Shown one piece after another: positions 38,504-50,590 of a stretch of DNA of 64,000 nt. Each line of letters begins with the position of its first letter. Positions within the stretch are counted from its first letter, which is position 1. A program made the translations under genes and the position numbers. The notes under the pieces were generated by a model that made no database searches, was not told the origin of the DNA, and saw nothing but the letters and a program-made list of their open reading frames with translations. This DNA comes from Macrostomum lignano (taxonomy: Eukaryota). The stretch is taken from NCBI GenBank assembly GCA_002269645.1, contig NIVC01000422.1, positions 550,219 to 614,218 of the forward strand. The letters run 5' to 3'.

Positions 38504-39915
38504 TGTGTGGTGCAATGTACATGTAACACTTGTAAGACAGGTATTAGTACAATTTATCACGTAATATTATCAATAATAACTTATTAAATTTAGTATACTT
38601 ATGATTGTAATTTAGCTTATTACTTTTTCCATAGATTATTAAAAGGTAATTACTACAACTTATCAAATATGTACAACAGCTCCCAAAAAGGCGAAAACGG
38701 AAATCTTTTTGAAGTACCCTAAGAGAGAGTCACAGGCATCCAAACCCACGATTTTAAAGACCTTCGAAGTCCTGTGCCTGCTTCAAGGCGTTCTTGGTGA
38801 GGCTAAAATTTGAACAAGTAAGTCGGGCGCCATCTTCATGCTCAAGATTTGAACATGAAATATGACGCCTAAACCTTCAAAAAGTCTGTTTCAAAAGCTA
38901 TAGTGCATTAATTTTTAAACCTTGTTAAAGCTTAAGCCCAAAGCGTATTGTAAGCTAAAACAACTGTCACAGTTCGTTCGTTTTTAATAAATGCATAAAA
39001 GCTTTTTTGGTTTTCAGCCTAGCGCGAAATATTCCAACAACAATGAAACTTATTTCCCACTTCCCATTCATTCTTGGCAGCAGCTCGCTGAAGCAGGGGA
39101 CTTCACACAACTCAAGATTTTTGCCGCACGCCTATGCAAGGTTCAGCATTTTTTTATTCAGCTGGTGTCGAAACCATGCGTGAAACACCCACTATTGAAA
39201 GGTGTTAACTCTTCTAGTTATTGAGTGTGCTAAACTTTTATTCTAAGCCGGCGCCCTCTTTTGCTCTTACTTTTATTCTGCACACTTGAGGCTAATCAAG
39301 AAAATCCTGCCAACAGCGATGACATCCTTCATGCTTATTCATCTGCTTATCCATCTGAATCCATCTGCATTGCCTAGCTTGGTTACTCGAGCACAGGTTC
39401 GTGGCCAAAATTTATTTGGGGTTGTACACGAAATTGTCAGCGGTTGTCGTGCGATTCACAACCAACCACAACAAAGGCCAAATCCCAAGGCACAGAGTGT
39501 GCGTGTAAAGTGCCTGCTCATCAGTAAGCGGAATATGAAGAACTACCCCAGCGCTTTATGCGTGAGACGATGATAATAAAAGTTGAGTCTCCTGCTAATT
39601 GTTATTATTTAAGAAACTCTTGCACCGCAGCGCCCAAGCATTATCGACAGGGCAGCTCATGTCTGGGATTGGCTGCGAACCCGCCTCTGCTCAGACTTCC
39701 TTCCACATCTACTTGATTCAGTCTCTAGCAAGCGTCTCCTCAAAAGCAGCTCCCAAAATAAGGATCAGCGACCGCACTCAACATCCCTACTGCGAGTCTT
39801 AGGATAGTTCATTTAGGATTGAAGTTGAGGAAATACAGTAAAATAACTCTCAAGCCGTTTGTGCCGCAAGAATCACTAGAAATTGCACGTGAACAATCAG
39901 ACTATCGCTGCAAGT

Positions 39916-41411
39916 ATGACTAATAAAATTCTGTCTTTACAATTGCTTTTATTATTCGGTAAGTGACTGCAATCTTGACTTAAAAACCGCTGCTAAAAGT
40001 TATTCAATGCATGCTATTTATTAATGACAACCAATTGCCCCAATGCAGTTTGCTGCTCTCTCGTGCTTCGAGTACAAGGCACCAGTTTGCGGACCTATTC
40101 TGTGTGCTCAGAGCAACAGCTTCACATGCTGGAAGCCGTTCTGAACGCCTACAACAACGTCACGACAACAACCGAGGCCATTGATGCAACCGACTGTCTA
40201 GCAAAGTGCCAGAGGGTGAGCTGCAGCGCTGCTGTCTCGGTGGAGAGCAATGCCACGTGCGAGATGGTCACCATAGCAACCGCCAAGCTGTCAATCTCAG
40301 TAGATCAGGTGCAGCAAGTCATCGGATCTCAGGTCGGTGCGAAGGTGTGGAAGGCGGACGACAGCGACTGGCCTTCGCCTGCAGTGCGGCTTCGGAGTGA
40401 GTCATCAATGCATAGTCTTTGTCGAGGGTGGCTACCATGATTTCGGCACAGACAGAAATTGCACTCACTCCAGTTCTGTAACTCGCTGACGCTGCTCCAT
40501 TGCAGACAGCAGCACAGGTAGAAACGGCTCAATCCAAAGCGTCCTCATCAACACGACCGGCTGCTACCTGATCAAAGCTGCCGGCGCCAGAGGTGGCGGA
40601 AACTTACTGACGAACAAATCCGGAGGCCAGGGAGCCCAGGTGAGCGCCAGAGTCAACCTGACAGCCGGCACCCAGCTGAGCATCGTTGTGGGCCAGATGG
40701 GCGGCTCGACCTCATTGGATTACGAAGGAGGCGGCGGAGGCGGCGGCAGCTTCGTGTACCGGACGGGTGACCATCTGTTGCTGCTGGCTGCCGGCGGAGG
40801 CGGCGGAGCTTGCTTCAAAAGAAATGGTGATCTCATTAACTTTGTTGCTAGAATTGTGAAGTTTCAAAAGCGAAAATTTAACTTGGATAAGCAGTTTGAT
40901 TGATTTCATCGTAGGGCTACCGGGAGGGACTGGGATCAACGGTTCCGACAGTCTGGGTGACTACAAACCAAACGCAGGATTCGGCGGCATCAACGGTCAG
41001 CCAGGCTTCAACAACCCCGCCAATACTCCAAGCGAAAGCAACCACGGCGGCTGCGGCGCCGGCTGGCTCGGCAGGGCCGTCAGCCCCAGGCGGAGCTCCT
41101 TGGACGGAGAGAGAGGCGGCAGTCTGGCCGACGGCTGGGTTGGCGGCAGCGCCGGAGACGACAGCGTCTGTGACGGAGGCTTCGGCGGAGGCGGTGGAGG
41201 CGGCAGCAGGACCAGATCACTGAAAGGCGCCCCTGGAGCCGGCGGCGGCTTCAGCGGTGGCGGAGCCGGACTGGCCCAGGACCACAGCGGCGGTGGCGGC
41301 GGCTCCTTCTGCATTGGCGGCTGCGTGTTCGGCGGCACCTGGACCGGCGACCAGGGCTTCGTGTCCGTCCTGCTGGAGTCGGCCTCAGCCGCCTGCGACT
41401 CGGGCACCTGA
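39916..41411 (+). CDS. Secreted PAN/apple-like + ALK/LTK-type glycine-rich domain protein, copy 2 (intact, 402 aa); exons 39916-39958, 40049-40396, 40506-40826, 40915-41411
   Basis: Signal-like MTNKILSLQLLLLFVCCSLVL, then the PAN-like Cys pattern DCLAKCQRVSCSAAVSVESNATC. The motifs GSIQSVLINTTGCYLIKAAGARGG, GAQVSARVNLTAGTQLSIVVGQMG, GGGGGGGSFVYR..LLLLAAGGGGG, GGCGAGW and GGFGGGGGGG..GAGGGFSGG..GGGGGSF..GDQGFVSV are collinear with the ALK/LTK extracellular glycine-rich domain. Three phase-1 introns; 1209 nt without internal stop. Confidence 0.85.
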
Positions 41412-42430
41412 TGTCACAGAAACCGCTTTTTGAAGTGGGGATTGGCCAGTCGTGTTTTAACTCGATCACTGATTAATACTGCTTATTCCTGTGAACATTG
41501 TCGCTTGTCCTGTGTGAAAAAAGGCTTCGCACAAGGGAGCCGTGGTAGCGATTAGTGGAGTAAATATTTGTGGAACTATCGTTTATAAAAGTAGACAAAA
41601 TGAATCTGAGTTGGCTATTTTTAAATTAATTTAATTCTGCAGTTCTAATTTTCAGTAATAAATTTCTGTTTACAATTTCTCAATTTCCATACGTGCTCCC
41701 AGGTTGGCAATTTGTTTAAAGCATAATTATTAACACAATAATACTGGCAATGCAAGCTTCGTAGGTAGTGTAGGACTTCAGAGTTTGGTAACTCTAAATC
41801 TAACTAAAATACTTAGTAACGTCTCATCACTAGTAGTGTGAGTGGCTTTTAAAGTCCCTAACATAAGACTCAGGCGCTTAACTATTGTGTGGCTTTTTAC
41901 TCAAGACTTGTTATTTTCTATTAATTTAATTATTTTCACGCGAGTAAGCAATTTTTCGTCAATACATTTTTGCTGTTTCTTTCCTTAATCCCTAACTAAA
42001 CAGCTATTTAACTGGTTCTCGAACCTTTCACTGCTACAGACTTGGAACTCAGACAACTCAAACAGTTCTCAATTCCTAATTATTAATAAACACTGAATGC
42101 ACTCGTCTGTCCGAAGCTGCTCGTCTTTTTTCCGGCCAGACAATTTCTGGAGGTTTTTTAGACGAGTGCAAAAGACAATTGTCTGCTTAGCAGTTTTTCA
42201 ATGTCTGCTTTCGGCCCATGCCAAGGCCGCTCGGCTGCAGCTCCCTGCAGTTGCCTTGCTGCACGCATCTGGCATCTGCGCCCTTCCGTACTGCACGCTA
42301 GGGCTCACTGATGGACCACAATTCAGTCAGCAGGATTTAAATTTAAGTTCCAAAAAGTATTTTTATCAGCAGTTGAAAATATAGTCATGAATTCTAATAC
42401 TCGGGTTGCTATCTGCTGTGTCTCAATCTA

Positions 42431-42825
42431 TCTAAAGGGAATTGCCCGTTCGCTACCCTCAATCTTGGGGACGAGCGAAGGATGGCTTCTGCCTTACCGG
42501 CCGAAACGAGTTGAAACCGGGGCGTGAGTTCGCTCCGCGAATCCCGGCACAGTCCTCCCTAATCGCAAATCGAGTTCGTCAGCCAACCACAGAAATCAAC
42601 GTAAAAAGTAGTCCTTGTACCCTTTATCAGGGCGGCGAAAGAAGAAAAGCACCCGCCGCCCTGGCTGACACGAACCACAAGTTTTTTATATTGATGTATT
42701 GTCTGTACGATAAGGGCTTCAGCCTGGAAGGCAGCCGACTTTCTGCTTTTCTTTTTTTCTGATTTTCTCTCTATCGAGCTAAACCTAACTACCGGTTCCC
42801 CAACTCTGCACAATGACTCGCAAAA
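42431..42825 (+). mobile_element. Interspersed repeat family B (SINE-like)
   Basis: Shares the blocks AAACCGG.GCGTGAG..GC..CGCGAATCCCGGCACAGTCC, CCACAGAAAT.AACGTAAAAA, GACGATAAGG and ATGACTCGC with 47745-48120. A deleted copy occupies the paralogous site at 55312-55440. Confidence 0.6.
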
Positions 42826-43419
42826 AAGGACGTCAGGAATGCCATGGTTAAAACATTAAGAAGATGACCAGCGCAATGATGCAAAAGCTCCTAAATTGCT
42901 GAAAAACAACAGCATTCACGGCAGTCAGGACATTTTAAGATTTATACTGAAAGTTTATACAGTGGTAGAGCTTCAGTGCAAAACTAATTGAAAGATTTAA
43001 CGGCTGTCACAACTGTAGTTGAAAAGCCGCAATAGCTGCTGCTGGGCTGTCGGTTGCATATTTTCTCTTTAAGGCAGATTTAATCACTGATTTTTTTTTA
43101 GTTGAAAAGTAAGGAATTTTTTCAGGAAACGCATAAAAGCTTCTGGGTCTCCATAACAATGGAGCTCACTTCTGAGTAGCAGCACCCAGAATCATCTATT
43201 GATGGAGCTGTCTCAGACTTAGCTTGAATTCTGCCACTCTGGTGCACCAGACTGCAGCTGCGTCAATTTCTCACTCATTAATCGCAGCAGCCCGCTGAAG
43301 CAGGGCACCTCAAACAACTCAATATCGATTTGGAATTTTAGTTGTCAGGTAAAATAGCTATTTCTCGAGCCTTTGTTCAAGAAAATCGCAAGAAATGAAG
43401 GCTGACAATCAAACTATCA

Positions 43420-44516
43420 GAGGAGGCACCGAGGCCTCCTTCAATCAAATGGTGATCTCAGTGGCAGCAGTTGCTTGAATTGTAAATTATGAAAATCCGC
43501 AACCACCGAGTAAGCAGATTGATGATGGGGGGCCGTAGCCCAGCGGTAGCGCAGCTGCTCTGGTGTGCCAGCGACCCAGGCTCGATTCCAAGTGCAGTCA
43601 CATTAATTTGGGGCTGAACTGGAATCTCGGCTTGGCTCTGCTCGTGAAATTAACGGCCTTGAGAGCCAACCCCCCAAGGCGCAGTAAAGTGTACATGCCT
43701 AACGATAATATAAAGTTAGGGCCGCTGTACACTCCTGTGTGAGTGTGTGCCTGCGTACGTATCCGCGCGCTTGTATGCCTGCTCAAGGGAGTCGGCGGAA
43801 TGGGCAGTAATGCCTCTCGCCGGTTGTGTGCCTATGTCGCTTAAAGTGCGCCAGGGTGCACACAACCCCCTGCCTCTAAAAAAAGCAGATTGATGGATTT
43901 CACCGTAGAACAACCGGGTGAGGCTGGAATTGACGGTTTCGACGGACTGGACGGCTACAGCCTCAACGCGGGATTCGGTGGCATCAACGGTCAGCCGGAC
44001 GTCAAAAACCCCACTAACACACCTCCGCTAGCACCACGGCGGCTGCGGAGCCCGCTAACTCGGCAGGGCCGAGTTGCCCCAGGCAGGCTGCTCGGAGAGA
44101 GTAAAAGAGAAGCGGCAGTCGTCTGGCCGATGTCTGGTTCGGCGGCAGCGCCGGAGACGGCAGCGTCTTCGATGGACCCGCGGTGGCTTCAGCGTCGGCG
44201 GAGCCAGACTGGGTCAGGGCCACATTGGCGGCTGCGGCGGTGGCTTCAGCGTCGGCGGGGCCAGACTGGGTCGGGGCCACATTGGCGGCTGCGGCGGTGG
44301 CTTCAGCGTCGGCGGGGCCAGACTGGGTCAGGGCCACATTGGCGGCTGCGGCGGTGGCTTCAGCGTCGGCGGGGCCAGACTGGGTCAGGGCCACATTGGC
44401 GGCTGCGGCGGTTCTGCCGGGGCGGCTGCGTCTTCGGCGGGACCTGGACCGGCGTCCAGGGCTTCGTGTTCGTCCTGCTGGAGTCGGCCTCAGCCACCTG
44501 CGACTTGGACACCTGA
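43420..44516 (+). pseudogene. Glycine-rich gene copy 3: exons 1-3 deleted, SINE in the last intron, frameshifts, internal 57-bp repeat x4
   Basis: The upstream flank ends at ...GACAATCAAACTATC (just before the family ATG) and joins the tail of exon 3. The last exon (from ~43909) is frameshifted and contains four GGFSVGGARLGQGHIGGCG units. Confidence 0.8.
43525..43882 (+). mobile_element. Full-length tRNA-derived SINE (family A) with 13-bp target-site duplication
   Basis: Head GGCCGTAGCCCAGCGGTAGC...GGCTCGATTCC has Pol III A- and B-box-like motifs, followed by an A-rich tail. AAGCAGATTGATG is repeated at 43512-43524 and 43883-43895. Other copies are at 26200 and 17472. Confidence 0.85.
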
Positions 44517-46014
44517 TGCTGCTGCTCGATTATTTCTCAGTAGCCATACGAGCGTCGAATGAATTCCATAGGTTGTTTTTACGTATTAACTTGACTGAAC
44601 AATAACGAAGATGTATTCATAGAGCAGATGTATTGATTTAGTGAGCTTTTGGTTGTTTTCATGCTAACGCTGACAATTTATTCTATTTTATCTTCCTTGA
44701 GAAAGTTTCTGATAGTGATAAAAATTAAATATTTTGCATCCCTACGAGCCCAACCCAAACTCAAACCCTAACCCTAACTCGCAACTTAAATTTGGAATAT
44801 GCGATTTAATGCTGGCACCGGTTCAATTGTTTTTTTTGGTCTACTTCTAATTGATCGATTTTTCCTGATACTTTTGTAACAGGTTTCCCGCTATCGACTC
44901 ACAATTGAGCTTGATGGCTTTTATCTGTCTCGGTAGATTTCAAGTCTTGGAAAATTTAGGAACAAAAGACACTTGATTTTGCTGACCACAGTTTCATCAC
45001 GAGTATTTACGATTCAATTCAAAAGAAGAGACGCCAGAGTTATCATCAGTAAGAAAGGGAACAGGTGCAGGAGATTTTATAACTTTGGTTGTTTTAATTC
45101 CTTACGCACGATCTCTGCCATCGTGCTGCACCTGAAACATCGCCTGGAACTTCTGTCAGATAATATCATAGGCGAGCTACTTTTCAACGTATTCGCCTTC
45201 GTTGCTGCAGAGCTAGGAATGTTAAGATTAGCTTGACTTCTATGCTGCTTCTGTTTCGCTCACTTCCCAACACATGAGGGTTATAAAGTTTTCTTTTGAT
45301 CTTGACAAAAATTGTGCAGCTTTTCTGTGTACAAAGAGGGACCCATTGGCACGCAGGTCTGGAACCTTTGCTGAACTAATCAACTACGCATTTGAAACAC
45401 ACTACACCTGTTGCAGTAAAACTAACCTTGAACACAATCGATTTGTACCTGTATGTCACCAGCCGCTTGTCGTTATATCGTACCAGATATTTTCTGGAGT
45501 TTTCTAGACACGCCAAATCAAAATTATTCTTGATTAAGTAAATATTCAGGTAGCCAGTTTATTATCGCCAGCAGCGAACTTGTAAATTGGTATTCATCTG
45601 AGGTGTCTGGGCAGTGCTAGAACTTGATCTTGCGCTTCTGTCGGGGATTCATTCAACTGTAGATGAAACTTTTTGCTGAATTCGAATTCGAAACAAAGAG
45701 TTCTACTCACGATGGAACTGTTCCCACCAGTGGGTCTATTGTCTAATGAAGCCGATGATCATTTGAGATTGGAGACAAACAATAAACAAAAAAACTTGTA
45801 CAAAACTGTATTTCTGCACTAAACACAGTTTAAAATACCTACTGCATGACTATTGCGCGACTCCCACCAATAGCCGTGAAGCATCTCAACTACAAGCTCA
45901 ACCAATTCGACCAATGATGGAGCCTTTCTCCAATGGAGCGCGCACGCAGAGTTAAAACATGTCTAAAAGGCCGATCTTTTAAGGAAACCTTGTTTTATCC
46001 ACGCACAGCATCGA

Positions 46015-46770
46015 ATGAAGCCAAAACGCTCACTGCAGCTGCTGCTCAGTGCAGCCCTCTTCTTCATGCCGATATCGACTCAAAGCCTGTTCCAGACTGT
46101 CAGAACTCGCAGTGCGGTGGCTCCGACAGTCACGGACTCTGCGCCAGGCAGCGTCAGCCTGGAGTGCGCATCGCTCTGCGCCCTGAGACCCGCCTGCTTC
46201 GGCTTCAGCCTGCTGCGGGGCCTCTGCCGCTTCTTCGATCTGTGGGCTTTTGAAAACGGCACTTGGCACAGCTCGAATGAGTGCGACCTGCACATCATGC
46301 TGACTGGTGAGTCCTCACTGCGAACCCGCCCGAGTTTTGGTATGAATCAATAAAATAACTGAAAGGAACTCTGGGACATAGCAGACAAAGCCAAGCTGAG
46401 ATTCATCAGCTGCCAGCAGAGCTCGGTTGAATACGGCTCAGTGTGCGGGAAGGCCATCGATGGAGTCAAAAATCAGAACTCAGGATTTTGTAGTCATACG
46501 GCTAATAGAGCAAAGGGCTGGTGGGAAGGCCAGCTGGCCAGACCTGCCTTCATCTCGCACGTCACCATCTACAACAGAGTTGATTGCTGCATAAACCGCC
46601 TCAACAAGCTGTCGCTGATTGCTGACGGTGTCGAGTGCAACCGGGTGGACCTGACGGTGCCGTTCTCTGTGGTCAGCTTCACCTGCAAGGCTTTTGGCAG
46701 CAAAGTCAGAATTGTCAACCTGCAGGAAAAACCTATGAACCTGTGTGAAGTCGAGATCTACGGGCGTTGA
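46015..46770 (+). CDS. Secreted PAN/apple-like + F-type (fucose-binding) lectin domain protein, ~226 aa; exons 46015-46306, 46382-46770
   Basis: Signal peptide MKPKRSLQLLLSAALFF and PAN-like LECASLCALRPACFGFSLLRGLC. A phase-1 intron (G|gtgagt...catag|CA) is followed by the F-type lectin domain QSS..KAIDG..CSHT..WW..VTIYNRVDCCINRL..NLCEVEIYG. The fucose motif H-X26-R-X-D-X4-R is exact when counted. Confidence 0.88.
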
Positions 46771-47391
46771 TCAATTGATGTACTCATATTACAGGGCTTG
46801 TCTTTTTAGGCATTGGAAGAATGACGAAGCTTAATATTAGGGCTTGTGTGAGGTTAGAAAGGCTGACTGACATTACCACAGTCGCAGATGTCAAGCCTTT
46901 TAAATTAAAGCTCTCGTTTGCCAATAAAAAACGTAAAATGCCTTGTACAGTCATTGCTTTTCTCTGATATTTATAAGGTTTAAACAGTATGAGCAGCCAA
47001 TCTTTCTAGTCAAGAAATCAGCATTCCCTTGAGTCACGGCATCTCAGCAACTTTTGAATAACAATTGATTTACTTCCCAATACTAAAAATGGTCAGTCGG
47101 TAGGTAGGTGTATGTGTGTGATCGATTCTAGTAAATACTAAATATGTACAGGTAAATAAAATGTATAAAATTGGTGTAGGCTCTTTATTCGTTTTAAACC
47201 TAGGTTAGAAAGAAGCGCATGCTCTTGGTACGGAACTACTAAGTACAGACCTGTAGCGTTTAGAACAAAATACCCATTAAATAAAATGCATTCGGCACTG
47301 CACTGTTTGACTAATGACACGCTCGTACTACTAACAGCAAATTCACTTTGATTAAAAGAAATTATTTTACCGCTCATGTTGCTGCGATGCT

Positions 47392-47642
47392 CGTCTGGAA
47401 AACGAAGCTGCCGCCACCGCCGCCTCCTTCCAAATCCAAGGAGGTCGAGCCGCCCATCCGTCCAACAACGGTGTTCAGCTGTGCACCGGCTGTCAGGCAG
47501 ACTCCGGATGTGCAAGTCAGTAAGTTTCTGCCTACTTTTGCGCTGGCATCTTTGATCAGGTAGCAGCCGGTCATGCTGATGACGACGCTTTGGATTGAGC
47601 CGTTTCTACCTGTGCTGCTGTCTGCAATGGAGCAGCATCAGC
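47392..47642 (-). pseudogene. Inverted orphan fragment of glycine-rich gene exon 3
   Basis: The reverse complement reads ctccattgcag|ACAGCAGCACAGGTAGAAACGGCTCAATCC...GGAGGCGGCGGTGGCGGCAGCTTCG with an internal deletion. No other exons are nearby on this strand. Confidence 0.85.
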
Positions 47643-47744
47643 CGGTTGTGCAATTAACTATCTGTGCCAAAATATCCCAGCTTTACTGAGTAGCTGCTCA
47701 AGCCCACAATGCACGGCTACATCATAGCAAGCATATTCCAGCAA

Positions 47745-48120
47745 GGTAGCTGGATTATATGCAGTAATGCGTCGCAGCCTTTATCAAAGAACGCTGGTTC
47801 GATTCCTGTAAGGCGTCATTTCGGGATAGTTCTGCAATTCAATCTCAAACCTCAAACCGGTGCGTGAGGTGGCTTCGCGAATCCCGGCACAGTCCGTCCC
47901 TAATTACGAGGTGCAAGACGAGTTCCCGAGCCATCCACAGAAATAAACGTAAAAACGTATAGCGCTGGAGTGCCTGGATGCCTGGACGATAAGGACTCAA
48001 GCCTGCAAGGCAGCTGACTTTCTGATTTTCATTTTCCTGATTCTATCAATATTGAGCTAAATTTACCAACGGTAGCTACCGGTTCTCTGCAAGCCTTGCT
48101 CTACACGATGACTCGCTAAT
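47745..48120 (+). mobile_element. Interspersed repeat family B copy with B-box-like GGTTCGATTCC
   Basis: GGTTCGATTCC at ~47795 upstream of the blocks shared with 42431-42825. Confidence 0.55.
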
Positions 48121-50399
48121 AGGTTTGGTTAACATGCATCGTGAAAAGATGAATATTCTATCAAATACTAAAAAATTAAACTCCACTTACGCCAAAAAAG
48201 CTCGTATAATAGTCCACTTATTTTTCGGAAATGGGCTTGTCTATGGCCACACTCAAGTATTACTAGACCATTGTTTAGCAATTTGACGATCATTATTTGC
48301 ATATTTTATGCAGAACAATCATTACTACAAACAATGCATTGTCTGTAGGATTGTCAAACAGAAAAACAATGCAAAGCCGACGCCGGTAGGCGCTCGCCAG
48401 ACAATCGTTGTCACGTGCTGCGACCGCTGATTATTTATCCATTATTTAGAAAATGGGCTTGCTGTCAGCAAGACCAGTGCGCTTGTTGGTATATGGTCCG
48501 TAAGTCCATGATGCACATGATGCATGATGCAACATAAAGCAAAAGTGTCTTCAGGAAGTAAAACATATTTATATACTCGTACATATACAAAATAGCAAAT
48601 AATCAAGATAAAAGTAAATAAAAGTTTGATCAACTAGCTTCAACCAAAGTTCATCGAATTTTTTACTAGATTCACTTCAAAAACACCACAACCCTCTCAC
48701 CGTCAATATCCACCTTGTCGACAGAACGTTTGTTTTTTCTCAGCAGCTAGTTGGTACAGTATCCTGACCTGTCGATCCAAGAGGTTTAACGCAAACGTCA
48801 ATCTGTTGAGAGCTGGAGACAACCAGAGACAAAACAGTTCTAGGGATAGTACCATCACTGAGAAGTCTCAGCCATAGGTCGAGCCTGCAAACGAGATGCC
48901 TTTAGATGTCGTCCAGATGTCGTTGTAAATCTTCAGCCGTCAGTATTATTATCAAGCGGTCTCGCAGGTGTGTCATCGTTATTGACTCTTGTCGCATCTT
49001 AAGCTGGCTCCATATCCATAAATAATTGGTCGAACGACAAATCGATTTCGTCAAGATCGACGTATAGCACGAGTTGAAAAGTGGTTCAAGCCTGCTTCCA
49101 GTTAGTCAGCGTGTGTGTGCCTTCAGTAATTTTCCAATACTGTATACATTTGTCTATGGCATTTGAAATTTTGCTAATCGTCCTGCTCATTGAAATCCAT
49201 GCAGTTTGGCGTAAGTGAAGTTTACATACTATAATAGCTCGCCTCAAGACCATTATATGCGACCTCAGACTTTCTGACCACAGAATGCGCATTATAAAGC
49301 TATTATCTTATACTCGTACGTAAGTCTAAATGGGCTGCAAAAAGCTACATTTATAGATAACCTTGGTGCAAGTGCTTGCGCTTTTATGAGCTAGAAACCA
49401 CACAGCGTACCATTGAGCAGGATCCCTTGCAAGCAGTCAAAGTAAGGGAGAAAGCTTTCAACGTCCTGTACATTTAGAATGTTTTTTTTCAAATTAGGAT
49501 TCTACAATTGAGCAAAAAGGACATTCAAGTCGCTGTAACAAATGCTTTTGTTGTTGACGTAAAACCATACACCAGGTAGTAAAATTTGTTGAAGCAGTTA
49601 CAGCTCTCTTACTGAAACAGTTAAGTAGTATTAAAACTACTTATTAATCACCACAGGAAAAGTAGCATCTAAAGAACTTTAATTCAATACGCATTCCGCC
49701 AGGCGACTGGGCGTTCTGGTGTATTCTGCAGTTGCGGCACGCTATGCTGAAGTGATTTTAATATAACCACAAGCGAGCAGACGGCCCCATGTCTCCATGT
49801 CAAGTCCCATCATGTCCCATCAAGTCCCGAATCAAACTAGGGAGATTTCTCAAGTCCACGGCAGAAACTCTCTGAATTTGGTGCATCGGTAACCGACAAG
49901 GATGGCTGGAATTGGGTCAAACAGAAACAGACAACAGTTTCTAGAGATATCGCATGGAATGGCTTAAAAATATGCAGATTGCGATGGCAGAAGATATAGA
50001 TACTTATGATTAGTAACAAATAAACAATGAAAACTATTTAAATAAGCTGTATCATCTTACGAGCTATCATCTATCTGATTGTGCATGCTCTCATCTTCAT
50101 GCCGGGCGGGAGCAGGTGACTCGTCTATCTGATTGTGCATGATCTCACCTTCAAGCTCTTCATCTACAAGCCCAAGGAAAGAATGCGCCGAAGCACCCAG
50201 TACATGCAAAAGTTCTGGCTTCAGGTAGAAGTTAACGTTTATAATCTTAATCAGGCATTTAAATCCCACTGGTTTCAAAGGTATGGAACATTAATTAAGG
50301 ATTATGACAGCTAATATATCTTTGTTGAAATCAGAGAGTATCTGAGTATATAAAAAAGAAAAAGTTTGTTTGCCGGTGTTCAAATTTGATCGCTATGGA

Positions 50400-50590
50400 C
50401 TACCAATTCTCGCCGAGGATTACTGATTTTCGCCGAGGTACCGGCAGGAATGCTGCCATCATATAGCAGGACAAAACTGATGGTCAGTGTGGATCTCAAA
50501 CTTCCGACCTTGTAGATGGTGCTTTAGGCGAGAGCCAGCCGGAACAATGGCTAGGGCTGCTCTGGAGACATGAGTATCCAACCGGATGCA
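50400..50590 (-). mobile_element. More degenerate paralogous copy of the Gypsy RNase H remnant
   Basis: Nucleotide homology to 56070-56215 (CTCGCCGAGGT.CC.GC...GTGCTTTAGGCGAGA...ACAATGGCTA.GGCT). Confidence 0.65.

Noticed and set aside
39916-41411. Horizontal transfer of the glycine-rich domain from bacteria or phage
   Set aside because: Similar domains exist in microbes, but these genes have spliceosomal introns and host-like codon use. Nothing in the window supports HGT without a phylogeny.
43531-43600. tRNA gene
   Set aside because: It has A/B boxes but I could not fold a cloverleaf. It continues into a repeated body with an A-tail and TSD, so it is a SINE head.
44745-44785. Interstitial telomeric repeat (CCCTAA)
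   Set aside because: Only about two perfect units, which is within chance.
44880-45780. Decayed coding-like sequence, possibly a transposase remnant
   Set aside because: Frames are broken by stops and I could not recognise a diagnostic motif. It would need a tBLASTx/HMM search.
48640-49320. Possible mobile-element ORF remnant on the minus strand
   Set aside because: Short, interrupted frames with no identifiable domain.
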